The notes below the pieces were generated by a model, which was not told where the DNA came from, searched no databases, and saw only the letters and a list, made by a program, of their open reading frames with translations. From Hypanus sabinus (lineage: Eukaryota), in assembly GCF_030144855.1 (NCBI RefSeq), contig NC_082738.1, forward strand, positions 42,098,001 through 42,162,000: a stretch of 64,000 nt of DNA, given 5' to 3'. The position numbers and the translations under genes were made by a program. The first letter of the stretch is position 1; every line of letters begins with the position of its first letter. Shown one piece after another: positions 39,697-52,763 of this stretch.

Positions 39697-40480
39697 ATTC
39701 TTTTTCAATCTTTTTATTAATATCAACATATTAATATTAATATTAACATATTAAGATAACAAATATTGATACATAATTATTGGGATTAAAAAATTAAAAG
39801 TTAACATAGATGGATATATAAACAATAGGTACAAGAAAGTTAAGTCTCCCAAAATCATACATGATACAAATATAATGTGTACAAGACAAGAAAACTAGAT
39901 ATAACAATATACACAAAAAAAAACAGAAAAAGAAGAGAAGAAATTATATACCCCAAACAAAACAAAAACTACTCTATCAGGCTAACCAGTAACTAAAAAA
40001 AAGAGAAAGTAAAAGAAACATGGGTTGTTTATAATATCTGAGAAAAGAAAAAGAATTATAAGTGTCATCAACTCCAATCCTCTCTACATGTATATAATCA
40101 GAAACAGCAAAAAATAGGTTTGGAAAAAGGTCAAATTACATCATATGAAAATATTGAATAAATAAATGGCCTCCAAGTCTTTTCAAATTTAATAGAAAGA
40201 TCATATATGACGCTTCTAATTTTTTCCAAATTTAAACATAACATAGTTTGAGAAAACCAATGAAATGTGGTAGGGGGATTAATCTCTTTCCAATTCAACA
40301 AAATAGATCTTTTAGCCATTAATGTAACAAATGCAATCATCCAGCGAGCTGAAGGAGATAAATGAATTGGCTCTATCATTGGTAAACCAAAAATTGCGGT
40401 GATAGGGTGAGGTTGTAAATCAATACTCAATACTGTTGAAATAATATCGAAGATATCTTTCCAATATTTTTTCAAAGACA
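39697..40480 (-). mobile_element. L1/Tx1-type LINE 3' end
   Basis: ORF2 C-terminal-like YWKDIFDIISTVL...AIFG...AKRSILLNWK...LEKIR...FEKTWRPF, T-rich 3'UTR, AATAAA and A-rich tail. Confidence 0.8.
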
Positions 40481-41226
40481 GACATGACCGAAACATTGTT
40501 TTTCTTTCTGCCTGACCTGCTGAGTGTTTCCAGCATTCTTGGTTTTTATTGCAGATTACCAGCTCTGGCAGTTTAAAAAAAATGATTTTAATTCTTTCTT
40601 GCAACCCACTTAGAAAGATCCTGCAGTAATGAAATAGCAACAAAACATTTGCATGGGTGTGCATTCACGAAATAACCGGTAGGGTATAAGCAGTCCAAAT
40701 ACGCACAAATCAGTCTTAGAATATGCATCATTTTCAAATGGATGTAGAAAGCAGAATAAACTAACAAGAAACAATGAAACTACAGAACTAAACATTTTTA
40801 TCCATCATTCATACACATCAGTCACAGCACATTTGGAAGCCTATAATCAAAGAAAATATTTAAACATCATTGTTTATATCATTCAATGCATTCAATGACT
40901 CAAAATATAGTTTCAGAGGCTCTCAATGATCAATAGAAAGGAACCACAATAAAACACGAAAAAAAAATGACTTTCTTCTCTAATTGCAATTGAGGATAGT
41001 TGAATTTGTCCGTTGGGTATATGTTCATCTTCCTGGAACGCAATTACATGGACACAGAGCTTCATGGTTAGCCAAGAAAGAAGGAGAAAACTTGAGAGTT
41101 AAAGTAGCTCAATGAATTTACTCCCAGAATCCAGAGAGCCTTTAAACTATTTGTTTGCAAATTAAGGCAACCAATGAATTAAAGCTTATACATAGAAGTG
41201 AAAAATTTTCAAAGGTCTGCTCTTAC

Positions 41227-41441
41227 CAGTGCTTCACGTCCTTCTTCAAGGTTGAAGGTCAGGTCACGGTGGATGTTAGATAGGAATTTGCTTGAGTACT
41301 CAGGGTAGAGCTCCAACACCTCATATAAGCCCCTCAGACTGATGTACTGCAGGTCACAATAAGTTAATGCTTTCACATCAGCATTTGTTTTAATCACTTG
41401 GCCCTTGGTTGAAAGATCTGCGCCAATCAAGTCTCCTTTGC
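41227..41441 (-). CDS. KCNH4: ELK-family K+ channel exon (CNBHD C-terminal half with intrinsic ligand FNL), 215 nt
   Basis: [72 protein letters not shown]. Acceptor cattgcag|GC, donor CTG|gtaaga, phase 1-0. Confidence 0.9.
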
Positions 41442-42009
41442 CTGCAATGGAAAACATTTCAGAAAATCGTTAGGTACCTGAAACATCAATTAACTTTAGA
41501 TTCAAATATTTTTGTAGGATGTTCTTTGGGGAAAATAATATTGACCAGAGTTTGACATGGAATGTACCGTGATCTATAAAGGACTGGGAATGTGCTTTCT
41601 TCATGAACCAGAATTACATTAGAAAGACGTGCTGGATAAAACAGCATGGGAGGAAACTCAGATGGATAAAAAGCAACTGGAAAGGCCAGTCGGTCCAAAT
41701 GGTTGCTTCCTGCCATTCAGTCAATGTTTGTAATTAAAATATAGTTATCAATTGATTTAAAGAAATAGAGTACTGGATATGAATTTTAGAAATTCCTGTC
41801 TATATTTACTATTCAATCTTAGTCAAAGTTCAAAGTTTATTCATCTTCATCTAAATCATTTTTATTAAGATCATAAGGGCACAATTAGGCTATTCGACCC
41901 ATTGAAACTTCTCCACAATTTGGTGTTCAGGAGATATATTCCAGTCTGCACTCATGTTGAGCTTGTCAAATTTGTTAAATTAAATTAAATTCACTTGATC
42001 TATTTCTGA

Positions 42010-43700
42010 CACCTCCCTCCCCTTTCTTGATATCTCTGTCTCCATCTCTGGAGACAAACTGTCAACCGACTTCTTTTATAAACCTACTGATTCCCAAGGC
42101 TATCTTGACTATACCTCTTCCCACCTTAAAAATACTATTCCCTTTTCTCAATTCCTTTGTCTCTGCTGCATTTGTTCCCAGAAAGAGGTTTTCCTTTCCA
42201 GGATATCAGAGATGTCCTCCTTCAAAGAATGGGGCTTCCCTTCCCCCACCATTGATGCTGCCCTCATCTGCTTTCCCAAAAATCTATGCTCCCCGCACCT
42301 TCCCGCCGACTTAACAGGGATAGAGTTCCTCTTGTCCTCACCTATCACCCCATGAGCCTCTGCATCGAACACATCATTCTCCGCAACTTCTGCCACCTCC
42401 AAAGGGATCCTACCATCAAAAATATCTTTCCATCATCAGGAACCCCCGTCACCCAGGCCATGCTCTCTCCTCACTGCTGCCATCAGGAAGGAGGTACAGG
42501 AGCCTCAGGACTCACACCACCAGGTTCAGGAACAGTTATTACTCCTCAACCTTCAGGCTCTTGAACCAGAGGGGATAATTTTACTCAACTTCACTTGCCC
42601 CTTCATTGAAATGTTTCCATAACTAATGGACTCACTTTCAAGGACTCTACATCTCATGTTCTTAATATTTATTGCTTATTTATTTATTTTTGTATATATA
42701 CAGTTTGTTGTCTTTTACACTCTGGTTGAATGCCCAAGTTGGTGTGGTCTTTCAGTGATTCTATTATGGTTATTATTTTAATGGATCTATTGAGTATGCC
42801 CGCAAGAAAATGAATCTCAGGATTATATATGGTGACACGTGTACTTTGATAATAAGTTTACTTTAACTTTGAACCCCCCTCTCCACTTTCCGCAGTGATT
42901 GCTCCCTCTGTGATTCCCTTGTCCATTCGCCCCTCCCCACTAATCTCCCTCCCAATGCTTAACCCTGCAAATGGCCGAAGTGCCACACCTGCCCATTCCC
43001 ATCCTTTCTCACCTACATTCAAGGCCACAAAAGTCCTTACAGTTGAGGCAACACTCCACATGCGAATCTATTGGGGTCATACATTGTGTCCGGTGCTCCC
43101 AATGCAACCTCTTCCACATAGGTGAGACCCGTCGTTAATTGGGCGAATGCTTCTTTGAGCAGCTCTGCTCCATCCACCTAAAGTGGAATTTCCTGGTGGG
43201 CAAACATTTTAATTCCCATTCCCATTCCGATCCGTAGCCTCCTCTTTGCCACGATGAGGCCATCTTCAGGGTGGAGGAGCAACACTTTATATTCCATCTT
43301 GGTAGCCTCCAACCTGATGGCATGAATATCAATTTCTCCTTCTGTTAAAAGACTTTTCACTCCTCCTCCTCTCTTCTTCTTTTTCCCATTCTAGCCTCTT
43401 ACCTCTTCTCACCTGCCTATCACTTCCCCCTGGGTCCCCTCCTCCTTCCCTTTCTCCTATGCTCTACTCTTCTGTCCTATCAGAATCCTTCCTCTCCAGC
43501 CTCTGACTTTTCCTCCCAACCTAGCTTCATCTATGACCTTCTAGTTATCCTCCTTTCCCTCCCCCTACCATTTTGGTCTTGGCCCAAAGCTTTGACTGTT
43601 TATTCCCCTCCATAGATGCTGCCTGACCTGTTGAGTTCCTCCAGCATTTTGTGTGTATTATTCTGGATTTCCAGCATCCACAGAATTTCTCATGTTTTTA
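42010..43700 (+). mobile_element. Penelope-like element remnant (RT C-terminus, GIY-YIG endonuclease, pseudo-LTR), interrupted by a LINE at 42431-42870
   Basis: FYKPTDSQGYLDYTSSH near 42075; VIHCVRCSQCNLFHIGETRR near 43075-43135 (degenerate GIY-YIG). Ends in the same terminal repeat as the short dispersed copies. Confidence 0.85.
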
Positions 43701-43916
43701 CTCCATTATGCTACTTATTAGCTTGAACACCAAATCAAGGTACAGGACCAATGATCTCTCCACACCCCCTGTACAAGAAGTCCAGGGAAGACCTACCAAA
43801 GGGTATCTTAAGAGAGAAGGAACAATTCCAATTCCAATTGAAGTTAGAGAAGGAATTGAATGCACATTACCTCTGACAGAGCTTACAGGCCATTACTTCC
43901 TACAAATGGCAGTGAT

Positions 43917-45940
43917 ACTTCAGAGAAAAGAACTACACTTGTGAGAATCCCTGCAGCATCTGATGACCCTGTGATCTCTGTTTCAGAGGCCGACATTAGA
44001 CCATCTTTCAAGAGGGTGAACCCCTGCAAGGCATCAGGCCCCAATGATGTACCTAGTAGGGCACTGAAAACCTGTGCCAACCAACTGGCAGGAGTGTTCA
44101 AGAACATCTTTAATCTTTCATTGCTGCAGTCAGAGATTCTCACCTGCTTCAAATGGGTGAGAATCATACCAGTACCCAAGAAGAGCAGGGTGAGCTGCCT
44201 CAACGACTATCGCCCAGTTACATTCACATCTTCTGGGATGAGGTGCTTTGAGAGGTTGGTCATGGATAGAATCAACTCCTGCTTAAGCAAGGACCTGGAC
44301 CCGCTGCAACTTGCCTATTGCCACAATAGGTCTACAGCGGATGCGATCTCACTGGCTCTTCACACAGCCTTGCTTGGCCTTGGACCCCACAACCAACAGC
44401 AATCCCTATGTCAGGCTGCTGTTTATTGATTTCAGCTCAATGTTCAACACTATCATACCCTCAGTACTAACCAACAATCTTCAGAACCTGGGTCCCTGTA
44501 CCACCCTTTGCAACTGTATCCTTGACTTCCTCATCGGGAGAACATAATCTCCCGAATGGAAATAACATCTCCTCCTCGCTGACAATCAACACTGGTACAC
44601 CTTAAGGATGTGTGCTCAGTCCACTGCTCTGCTCTCTACACCCACAATTGTGTGGCTAGGCACAGCTCAAGTGCCATCTTTCAGTTTGCTGATGACACTA
44701 TTGTTGGCAGAATCTCAATTGGTGATGAGGCATACAGGTGTCTGACTGGTGTCAGTAAGACCAAGGAATTGATAGTGGATTTCAGGAAGGGGAAATCGAG
44801 GGGACACACACCAGTCCTCATTGAGGGGTCAGCAGTGGAAAGGGTGAGCAGTTTCAAGCTCCTGGGTGTCAACGTCTCTCAAAATCTATCCTGGGCCCAG
44901 CATAACGATGCACGACAGTGGCTTTATTTCACTAGGAGTTTGAGGAAATTTGGTATGTCACCAAAGACACTCGCAAATTTCTACAGATATACCTTGTAGA
45001 GCATTCTGACTGGTTGCATCACTGTCTGGTATGGAGGGACCACTGCACAGGATCAGAAAAAGCTGCAGAAAGTTGCGAATTCAGCCAACTCCATCATGGG
45101 CACAAGCATCAAGGACACTTTAAGAAGGCAATAGCTCAGAAAGATAGCATCTATCATTAAGGACCCCCATCACCCAGGACCCTCTTCTCATTGCTATCAT
45201 CAGGGAGGAGGTACAGGGCAACATACACTAAATGCTGGAGGAATTCAGCTGGCTGTGCAGCATCTGTGGAAAAGATTAAACAGCTGACATTTCGAGCTGA
45301 GACCCTTGAAGTGTCTCAGCCCGAAACGTTGACTATTTACTCTTTCCATCGATGCTGCCTGTCCTGCTGAGTTCCTCCAGTATTTTGTGTGTGTTGCTTT
45401 GGATTTCCAGCATCTGCGGATCTTCTGACGTTTAGGAGCCTGAAGATATACACTCAATATTTTATGAACAGCTTCTTCCCTTCCGCTATCAGATTTCTGA
45501 ACAGACAATGAACCAGCTCATGAACACTACCTCACTCTTTTTTTGCGCCCTTTTTGCACTACTTCTTTAATTTAATTTATATGATATAAATATGATGTGT
45601 ATATATATATGTATTTATTGAGATACAGCGTGGAATAGGCCTTTCCGGCCTTCAGGCCTGATTTAACCCTAGCTTAATCATGGGACAATTTACAACGACC
45701 AATTAACCTACCCATCCGTATGTCTTTGGACTGCGGCAGGAAACTGGAGCACCCGGAGGAAACTCACGTGGTTACGATGAGAATGTACAAACTCCTTACA
45801 GGCAGCAGCAGGATATATATTACATAAATTTCAATAACACATACACCTTTTAGTCATTTATAGCTTTAAAAATATATTGCACTGTTCTGCTGCCGCAAAA
45901 CAACAAACTTCATGCCAGTAATAATAAACATGACTCTGAT
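43917..45940 (+). mobile_element. Rex-Babar/L2-type LINE fragment with nested Penelope-derived and SINE inserts
   Basis: KASGPNDVPSRALKTCANQLAGVF...PVPKK...[34 protein letters not shown]. Confidence 0.87.
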
Positions 45941-46188
45941 GGAGTGAAATTCCAGTTAGCCTTGCTAATACATAGGTACTGAAAGGTTACCTGCCCATTC
46001 CACGGAGTGAAGGAGATATGTCTCTACAGTACAAACATAAGTCATACTAGGAGTTGGCTCTGCCGCTTCCTCCTAGATGCAGCATGACTTACCAAATACT
46101 TCCAGCATTTTCTATTGCTCTTGTAAATCCTTTAAGATGTTGGTTGAAACCGATTGGTTTAGCATTATATACCAAATTGAAGATCAAG

Positions 46189-46455
46189 CAACACACTAAA
46201 TGCTGGAGGAACTCAGCAAGCCAGGCAGTAACTATGGAAAAGAGTACGTATAGTTAATGTTTCAGGCCGAGACCCTTCATTAGGGTTGGGTCTGTCAGGA
46301 CTTTCCCAGTACCCCTCATCAGTTCTGATGAAGGGTCTCAGGCTGAAACATCGACTATACTCTTTTCCTATAGATGCTGCCTGGCCTGCTGAGTTCCTCC
46401 AGCATTTTGTGTGTGTTGCTCGGATTTCCAGCATCTGCAGATTTTCTCTTGTTTG
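46189..46455. mobile_element. Fold-back Penelope terminal-repeat pair with 15-bp TSD
   Basis: TSD AAATTGAAGATCAAG at 46174-46188 and 46456-46470. Inverted arms, each with a hammerhead-like motif. Confidence 0.88.
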
Positions 46456-48625
46456 AAATTGAAGATCAAGTTTATTTTCATACACATACCATGATCTTTT
46501 GCAGCAGCACAATTTTCTTCTGAAATACTGAATATTTGATTTCCCACTGAAGCCAAGGGCCACCGAGCTCCCTTTCTACTAACAGATTCATTTTTTGTGA
46601 ATCAGTTTAATGTCCCTGTAGTCTGAAGTTTCCAAAGATGATTATTACTTGTAAATTTATTTATGGTAATATTACTGTATGTGTGGTGTGTGTGAATTAT
46701 ATGTACTGTGTTATGCACTTGGTCCGGAGGAACGGTATTATGGTTGAATATCAATAAACTTGAACTTGAACTTGAAAAGGATCTTATGCTGGTGTGAAGA
46801 ATTAACAAATGTGATTGAACAAAGAATTTTTCAGAGAGCACATCACCTCTGTGAATTACAAATGAGAATGCGATAAGAATATTTTACAGCACCTCAATTT
46901 TTTTCCCTGATTGCTGTAAAATCACTCAGGGCATCATGAGTTCCTGAATCATCGGGAGCTGCTTCAGACAAGTGAGAATAATCCAGATCCCCTTTCTAAT
47001 TCACTGATGGCCCTGCTATTCAATGATGACATTAAAAGATGAAAGGCGAGAGTGAGCTAGCTTAACAATTGAATTTGAATTGCAGGAGAGGATTGTCTAG
47101 TAGTTCATAAAAAAACTTGCAAGCTGTTCTCAGTTTGCAGCACCTATTACATAAGTAAGTCTCAGTGAAAGAACTCCCTCCTACTCACATTATATAAACT
47201 TGTAGCCTAGCAACTGCAGCATTATCAATGTGGATTTTCACAGTGCCACAAAACAGTGGATCAACAAAATAAACTGATTGGTGTTTTGGCAAAAATTTTA
47301 ACCTACTTCAGGGCCATTGTTGTTTAAAATCAGATGGCAATTTTTAATCAAGGAGAATGCACTTTGTACCTGATTATCAAGACACAAAAAAAAATCTGAA
47401 TTGGAAAACAACAGACAAACAGGATAAGCTGGAAATGTCTGCCAATGTTTGTACCACTAATGAAATGTGTTTAAAATGTGTTTATTTTTCCTTGCAAACT
47501 CGTGGATTTGAATTTGGTGGTTAAAATAGTTTTTTTCTCACATTGCTATTACAATGCCAGCGACCTTCGCACCGCTGTCTGTAAGGAGTCTGTACATTGT
47601 CTTCGTCACCCTGTGGTTTCCTCCTGGTGCTCCAGTTTCCTTCCCCATTCCAAAGTTGCATGGGAGAGTAGGTTAACTGGTCAAATGGGTGTACAGTAAT
47701 TGCGCTGGAGGGGCCTGTTACCGAGCCGTGTCTCTCAAAAAGAAATGTCAGTTTAACTAAGTTAGCAGTGTTGCTTTGAAGTTAGAAGCTAGTGGAAGTC
47801 ACACTTCATGATTTGGGCCTGTATTGTGGACTGGCAAATTCAGGCAAGCACTCACAGTTACGCTGTTGCGCATTCAGGCTGATCTGAAAGATCCAGGGAG
47901 GACCTATGGATAGACAGATTGATTTTTGAACATTGAAGGATACACAAGAGACTGCATTCTGTAGCAACAGACTGTTTGCTGGAGGACGCTGTTCAAATCT
48001 AATCAATCTGATTGAAAACCTAGACCTCTCTGGATACAGGGTTTGATGCAAAACATTGACAATTTCTTTCCTCCTATACGTGTAGATGAAAAAAAGGATG
48101 TAAGTGACTAACATGAGAGGCCAAAATTGTAAATTGTTTGTATAGTTGTTTGAAAGAATGGTGGGTTGGGGGGATGTCTGAGGCAGTTTTTTTTTACACA
48201 GAGATGCAGTAAGGAAATTTAAGAGACTCCTAGATAGGCCCATGGATGAAAGAAAAATGGAGGCTACGCGGGAGAGAAGTATTAGATTAATCTTGGAGTA
48301 GATTAAGAGGTCAGCACAGCATCGTGGGCCAAAAGGCCTGTAAGTATACTGCTGTTCTATGTTCTGTGTTGAATTCCTCCAGCGGATTGTTTTCTGTAAG
48401 AGAATATGGGAACTGGGTTCTGAAGTGGCACAAGATCAACCATTGAGGAATTTATTGAATGGTTCAAGGGACCATATGATGTCCATTAGTTTTTGTTTCT
48501 TCCTAACCTTCTTGGTTCTGGAATTATCTTATAACTTCACTTTCTCTTTTAAAATTACTCCTGAAATCCTATCCCTTTTACCAACCCTATCTAAGCAAAG
48601 ATGCGCAACATGTAATGTTAATGTA

Positions 48626-49997
48626 ACATTTTGTGCGCCACATTTCCTGAGGAGATGGGATTGCGTAGAGAGAGAGAGTTTAAAAGAAGCGTGCGGGGGC
48701 AGTCGACACATTTTGCGCGCCTCAGTTCCAGAGAAGACATTGAATTGCATCAAGGGAGGAAGTTTAATAGAAGCGTGTGGGTGCAGTCGGCACATTTTGT
48801 GCGCCTCATTTCCCAAGGAAATATTTGATTGAGTAGAGGGAGAGAGAGATTAAAAGAAGCGAGCAGGGGCAGTCAGCAGATTTTGCGTGCCACAGTCCCT
48901 GAGGAGATATTGATTGCATGGAAGGAGAGAGTTTAAAAGACTGAGCGGGGGCAGTCGGCACATTTTGAGCGCTACTGTTTCTGCGGAGATACTTGATTGC
49001 ATAGCAGGAGGGAGAGAGTTTAAAAAGAAGCAAGCCGTGGCCGTTGGCAGATTTTGTGCAGCACAGTTCCAGAGGAGACTTTGGATTGAATAGAGGGAGA
49101 GAATTTAAAAGAAATGAGCCGATGAAGTTGGCACACTTTGCGTGCTACAGTTCCTGAGAAGATACTGGATTGCATAAGGGCGAGTTTAAAAGAAGCGAGT
49201 GGGGGTAGTCAGCACTTTTTGCGCACCACAGTTCCTGAGGAGACATTAGATTGCGTAAAGGAAGCGAGAGAGTTTAAAAGAAGCACACAGGGCAGTCAGC
49301 ACATTTTGCGCGTCATAGTTCCTGAGAAGACATTTGACTGTGTAGAGGGAGAGGGAGAAAAGCTTGCAGTGGTAGTCAGCACATTTTGCACATCATAGTT
49401 TTTGAGGAGGGAGAGAGAGTTTAAAAGAAGCGTGCAGGGTCAGTCAGCATATTTTGCGCGCCACGGTTCCTGAGGACACATTAAATTGCATGGAGGGAAA
49501 GGGAGTTTAAAAGAAGTGTGAGGGGCAGGGGGCAGGTAGTTGGCACATTTTGCGCACCGCAGTTCCCGAGGAGCCATTGGATTGCGTAAGGAAGAGAATT
49601 TAAAGTAAGCGGGCGGGGGCAGCCGGCTCATTTCGTGCCTCTCAGTTCCCAAGGAGATATTTCATTGCGTAAGTGAGAGAGAGTTTGAAAGAACCGAACA
49701 GGGGCAGTTACATTTTGTGCGCCGCAGTTCCTGAGTAGATATTGCTTACTTGAAGGGAGAGAGTTTAAAGGAAATGAGCGGAGCAAGCTGGAACATCTTG
49801 TGCTCCTGAGGAGGCATATCATTGCGTTTGGGAGACAGAGTTTAAAAGAAGTGAGCGGGGGCAGTTGGCGCATTTTGTGCACTATAGTTCCCGAGGAAAT
49901 ATTTCATTGCGTAAGGGAAGAGAGTTTAAAAGAAGCGAGCAGTGAAAGTCGGCACATTTTGCAGGCCACTGTTCCCAAGGAGACCTTAGATTGCTCA
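48626..49997. repeat. Tandem array of a diverged ~83-bp monomer, about 17 copies
   Basis: ACATTTTG-like anchor recurs at about 48626, 48708, 48792, 48878, 48960, 49049, 49133, 49214, 49301, 49381, 49449, 49545, 49628, 49710, 49793, 49870 and 49954. Blocks CAGTTCCTGAGGAG and GAGAGTTTAAAAGAAGCG recur in most units. Confidence 0.93.
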
Positions 49998-50039
49998 TAA
50001 GTCGGCACTTGGCAAGGATCAATAAAAAATAAGTTAAGT

Positions 50040-51995
50040 TTAAGTGGAGCAGCCATTATGTAAGTGGACCAATGTTAGAGTGGGGAGTTGAGTCTTTGGC
50101 TCATTGAGGCTTCAGATTTTTGGGCCATTCGGTTCTCTTCTATGGAAGGTGGGACCTGTACAGAAGGAATGGTATTCACTTGAACAGGAGGGGGACTAAT
50201 CCTAGCAAGAAAGTTTGTTAGTACTGCACGGGGGATTTAAACTAGTTGCAGGGGAATGGGAACCAGTGGAGTGGCTGTGGAGAAAGATATTAAGGCTACA
50301 TACAAAGGTCGAATATGGTGGGACTAATGTTCTGAGCTGCATATATTTCAATGCTAGGAGTATTGTAGGAAATGCGGATCAACTTAGGGCATGGATCAAC
50401 ATGTGGAATTATGATATTGTAGCCATCAATGAGACTTGGCTGCAGGAGGGGCAGGATTCCTGGGTTTTGTTGTTTTAGACGTGACAGATTGGGAAGGATT
50501 AAAGGGGAGGGGTAGTATTACCAGTTAGGGAAAATGTCATGGCAGTGCTCAGTCAGGACAGACTGAAAAGCTTGTCTAGTGAGGCTTTATGGGTAGAAAT
50601 GACAATAAGAAAGGTATGACCATGTTAAAGAGAGTCTATAGAAGTGAGGCAAAGCAGCAGCAAGTTTATGGATCCTCTACAGATTACATTGGTTGTGGGA
50701 AGTTATTGGAAGGTATTTTAAGGGACCGGATGTATAGGTATTTGGATAGTCAGGGTCTTATTAGGGATAGTCAACAGGGTTTTGTGCATGGTAGGACATG
50801 TCTAATCAACCTTCATAGAGCTATCTGAGGAAGTTATGAGGAAAGTTGATAAAGACAAGGTAGTGGATGTTGTCTACATCAACTTTAGCAAGGCATTTGA
50901 CAAGGTCCCGCATGGGAGGTTGGTCAAAAAGGTTCAGTCATTTGGCATTCCTGATGACGTAGTAAACTGGTTAGAGTTTGGCTTTGCGGGAGTGGTAGTA
51001 AAAGGTCTATGACTAGTGTGGTGCCTCAGGGATCGGTGCTGGGTTAGTCATCTATATTAATGATCTGGATGATACTGTGGTAAACTGGATCAGCAAATTT
51101 GTGGATGACACCAAGATTGGGGGAAGCCTATCGGAGCTTGCAGTGGGATCTGGACCAGCTGGAAAAATGGGCTGAAAAATGGCAGATTGAATTTAATGCA
51201 GACAAGTGTGAAGTGATGCACTTTGGATGACCAACCAGGGTAGGTCTTACACAGTGAGTGGTAGGGCACTGAGGAGTGCGGTAGAACAGAGGGACCTGGG
51301 AATACAGGTCCAAAATTCTTTGAAAATAGCATCACAGGTAGATAGGGTTGTAAAGAAAGCTTTAGGCACATTGGCCTTCAAAATTCAATGAATTGAGTAC
51401 GGGAGATGGAATGTTATGCTGAAATTGTATAAGAAGTCAGTGAGGCCTGATTTGGAGTATAGTGTGCAGTTCTGGTCACCTACATACAGGAAAGAAATCA
51501 ATAAGGTTGAAAGGGTGCAGAAAAAATTTACAGGGATGTTGGCAGGAATTGAGGACCTGAGTTATAGGGAAAGGTTGAATAGATTAGGACTTTATTCCCT
51601 AGAGGATAGGAGAATGAGGGGAGATTTGATAGAGGTAATCAAAATTATCAGTGGGATAGATAGGTTAAATGCAAGCAGGCTTTTTCCACTGAGGTTAGGT
51701 GAGACTAGAACCAAAGGTCATGGGTTAAGGTTGAAAGGTGAGATGTTTAAGGATAACATGAGGGGGGACTTCTTCGCTGAGAGGGTGGTGAGTGTGTGGA
51801 ACAAGCTGCCAGTGAAAGTGGTTGATGCTGGTTCAATTTCAACATTTAAGAGAAATTTGGACAGGTACATGGAAGGGAAAGGTTTGGATGGCTATTGTCC
51901 GGGTGCAGGTCGATGGGCCTAAGCAGATAAATGGTTTGGTATGGACTAGATGGGCCAAAGGGCCTGTTTCTGTGCTGTAGTGTTCTGTGATTCTG
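50040..51995 (+). mobile_element. Internally deleted CR1 LINE (5'UTR-like start, ORF1 end, endonuclease, RT, 3' end)
   Basis: YFNARSIVGNADQLRAW...ETWL (APE endonuclease), QQGFVHGRTCLINL, MLKLYKKSVRPDLEYSVQFWSP...RMRGDLIEV; ends in TTCTGTGATTCTG. Confidence 0.9.
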
Positions 51996-52025
51996 AAAAA
52001 CCAAGCTAAGCTCAGCAGGTCTTAC

Positions 52026-52275
52026 CGAGAATTGCCAACACCATGTTGTCCTTCAGAACTTCCATGGAGCCGGAGCACACAAAGTAGTTTGCCTGCAAGG
52101 CATCCCCCTGTCTGATGAGGTACTCTCCCGGGGCACAGAAAGTGGTTTTGATGTGGAGAGACAGCGACCTCAAGCATCCACGACTGGCCGATACAAAGAG
52201 GGGTAACTGCAGAATTTCCTTGTGAAGATGCATGGCGATGTCAGCGCGGAGCTCGTCTGGGAAATCTCGTAAAAG
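52026..52275 (-). CDS. KCNH4: ELK-family K+ channel exon (C-linker / CNBHD), 250 nt
   Basis: [83 protein letters not shown](G). Acceptor gctgcag|CTT, donor G|gtaag. Confidence 0.9.
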
Positions 52276-52725
52276 CTGCAGCACATAAAGAAAAAATGTG
52301 AATGTCATTTTCAGGATATGTTTTATTACAAAGCCTTGTGGTTAAAACTGAAGGCACAGTGGTGCAGATAGTGGAACTGTTGCCTCGCAGTTCCTGCCGT
52401 CCCTGTTTGACCCTGACCTTCAGGCCTCTGTCTGTGTGGAGTTTTCATTTTCTCCTTGTGACTGTGTTCATTTCTTCAGGTGCTCTGGGTTGGCTTTGGG
52501 TTCATCCCACATCCTAAAGTCGTGCATGATGGTTGGTTAATGGTCCACTGTACATTGACATGTGTGCACATGTTTGTGTGTGAGGATGGTAGAATCTAGG
52601 GAGAGTTGATGTGACTGGAGAACAAATGAAAAAATGAGATTGGTGTAAAAGGGTGCTTGGTAGTCGGTCTGGACTCAGTGGACTGAAGCACTATTTTAGG
52701 TGCTATATAACTCTTGGAGATGGCA

Positions 52726-52763
52726 CAGTTTACGTTTCGGGCTGAGACCCTTCATCAGGACTC
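52726..52763 (-). ncRNA. Minimal type I hammerhead ribozyme motif, core intact
   Basis: GAGTC CTGATGA A GGG TCTCAG CCC GAAA CGTA AACTG: CUGAUGA and GAAA core, stem II GGG/CCC, palindromic ACGU stem III, GUA triplet. Stem I is imperfect. Confidence 0.65.

Noticed and set aside
48626-49997. CRISPR-like array
   Set aside because: Whole units are homologous (no unique spacers), the repeats are diverged, there are no cas genes, and the context is a vertebrate intron.
48359-50000. Repetitive Cys-rich ORFs as a tandem-repeat protein
   Set aside because: Unit lengths vary and break frame, stops are frequent, and there is no coherent splice structure.
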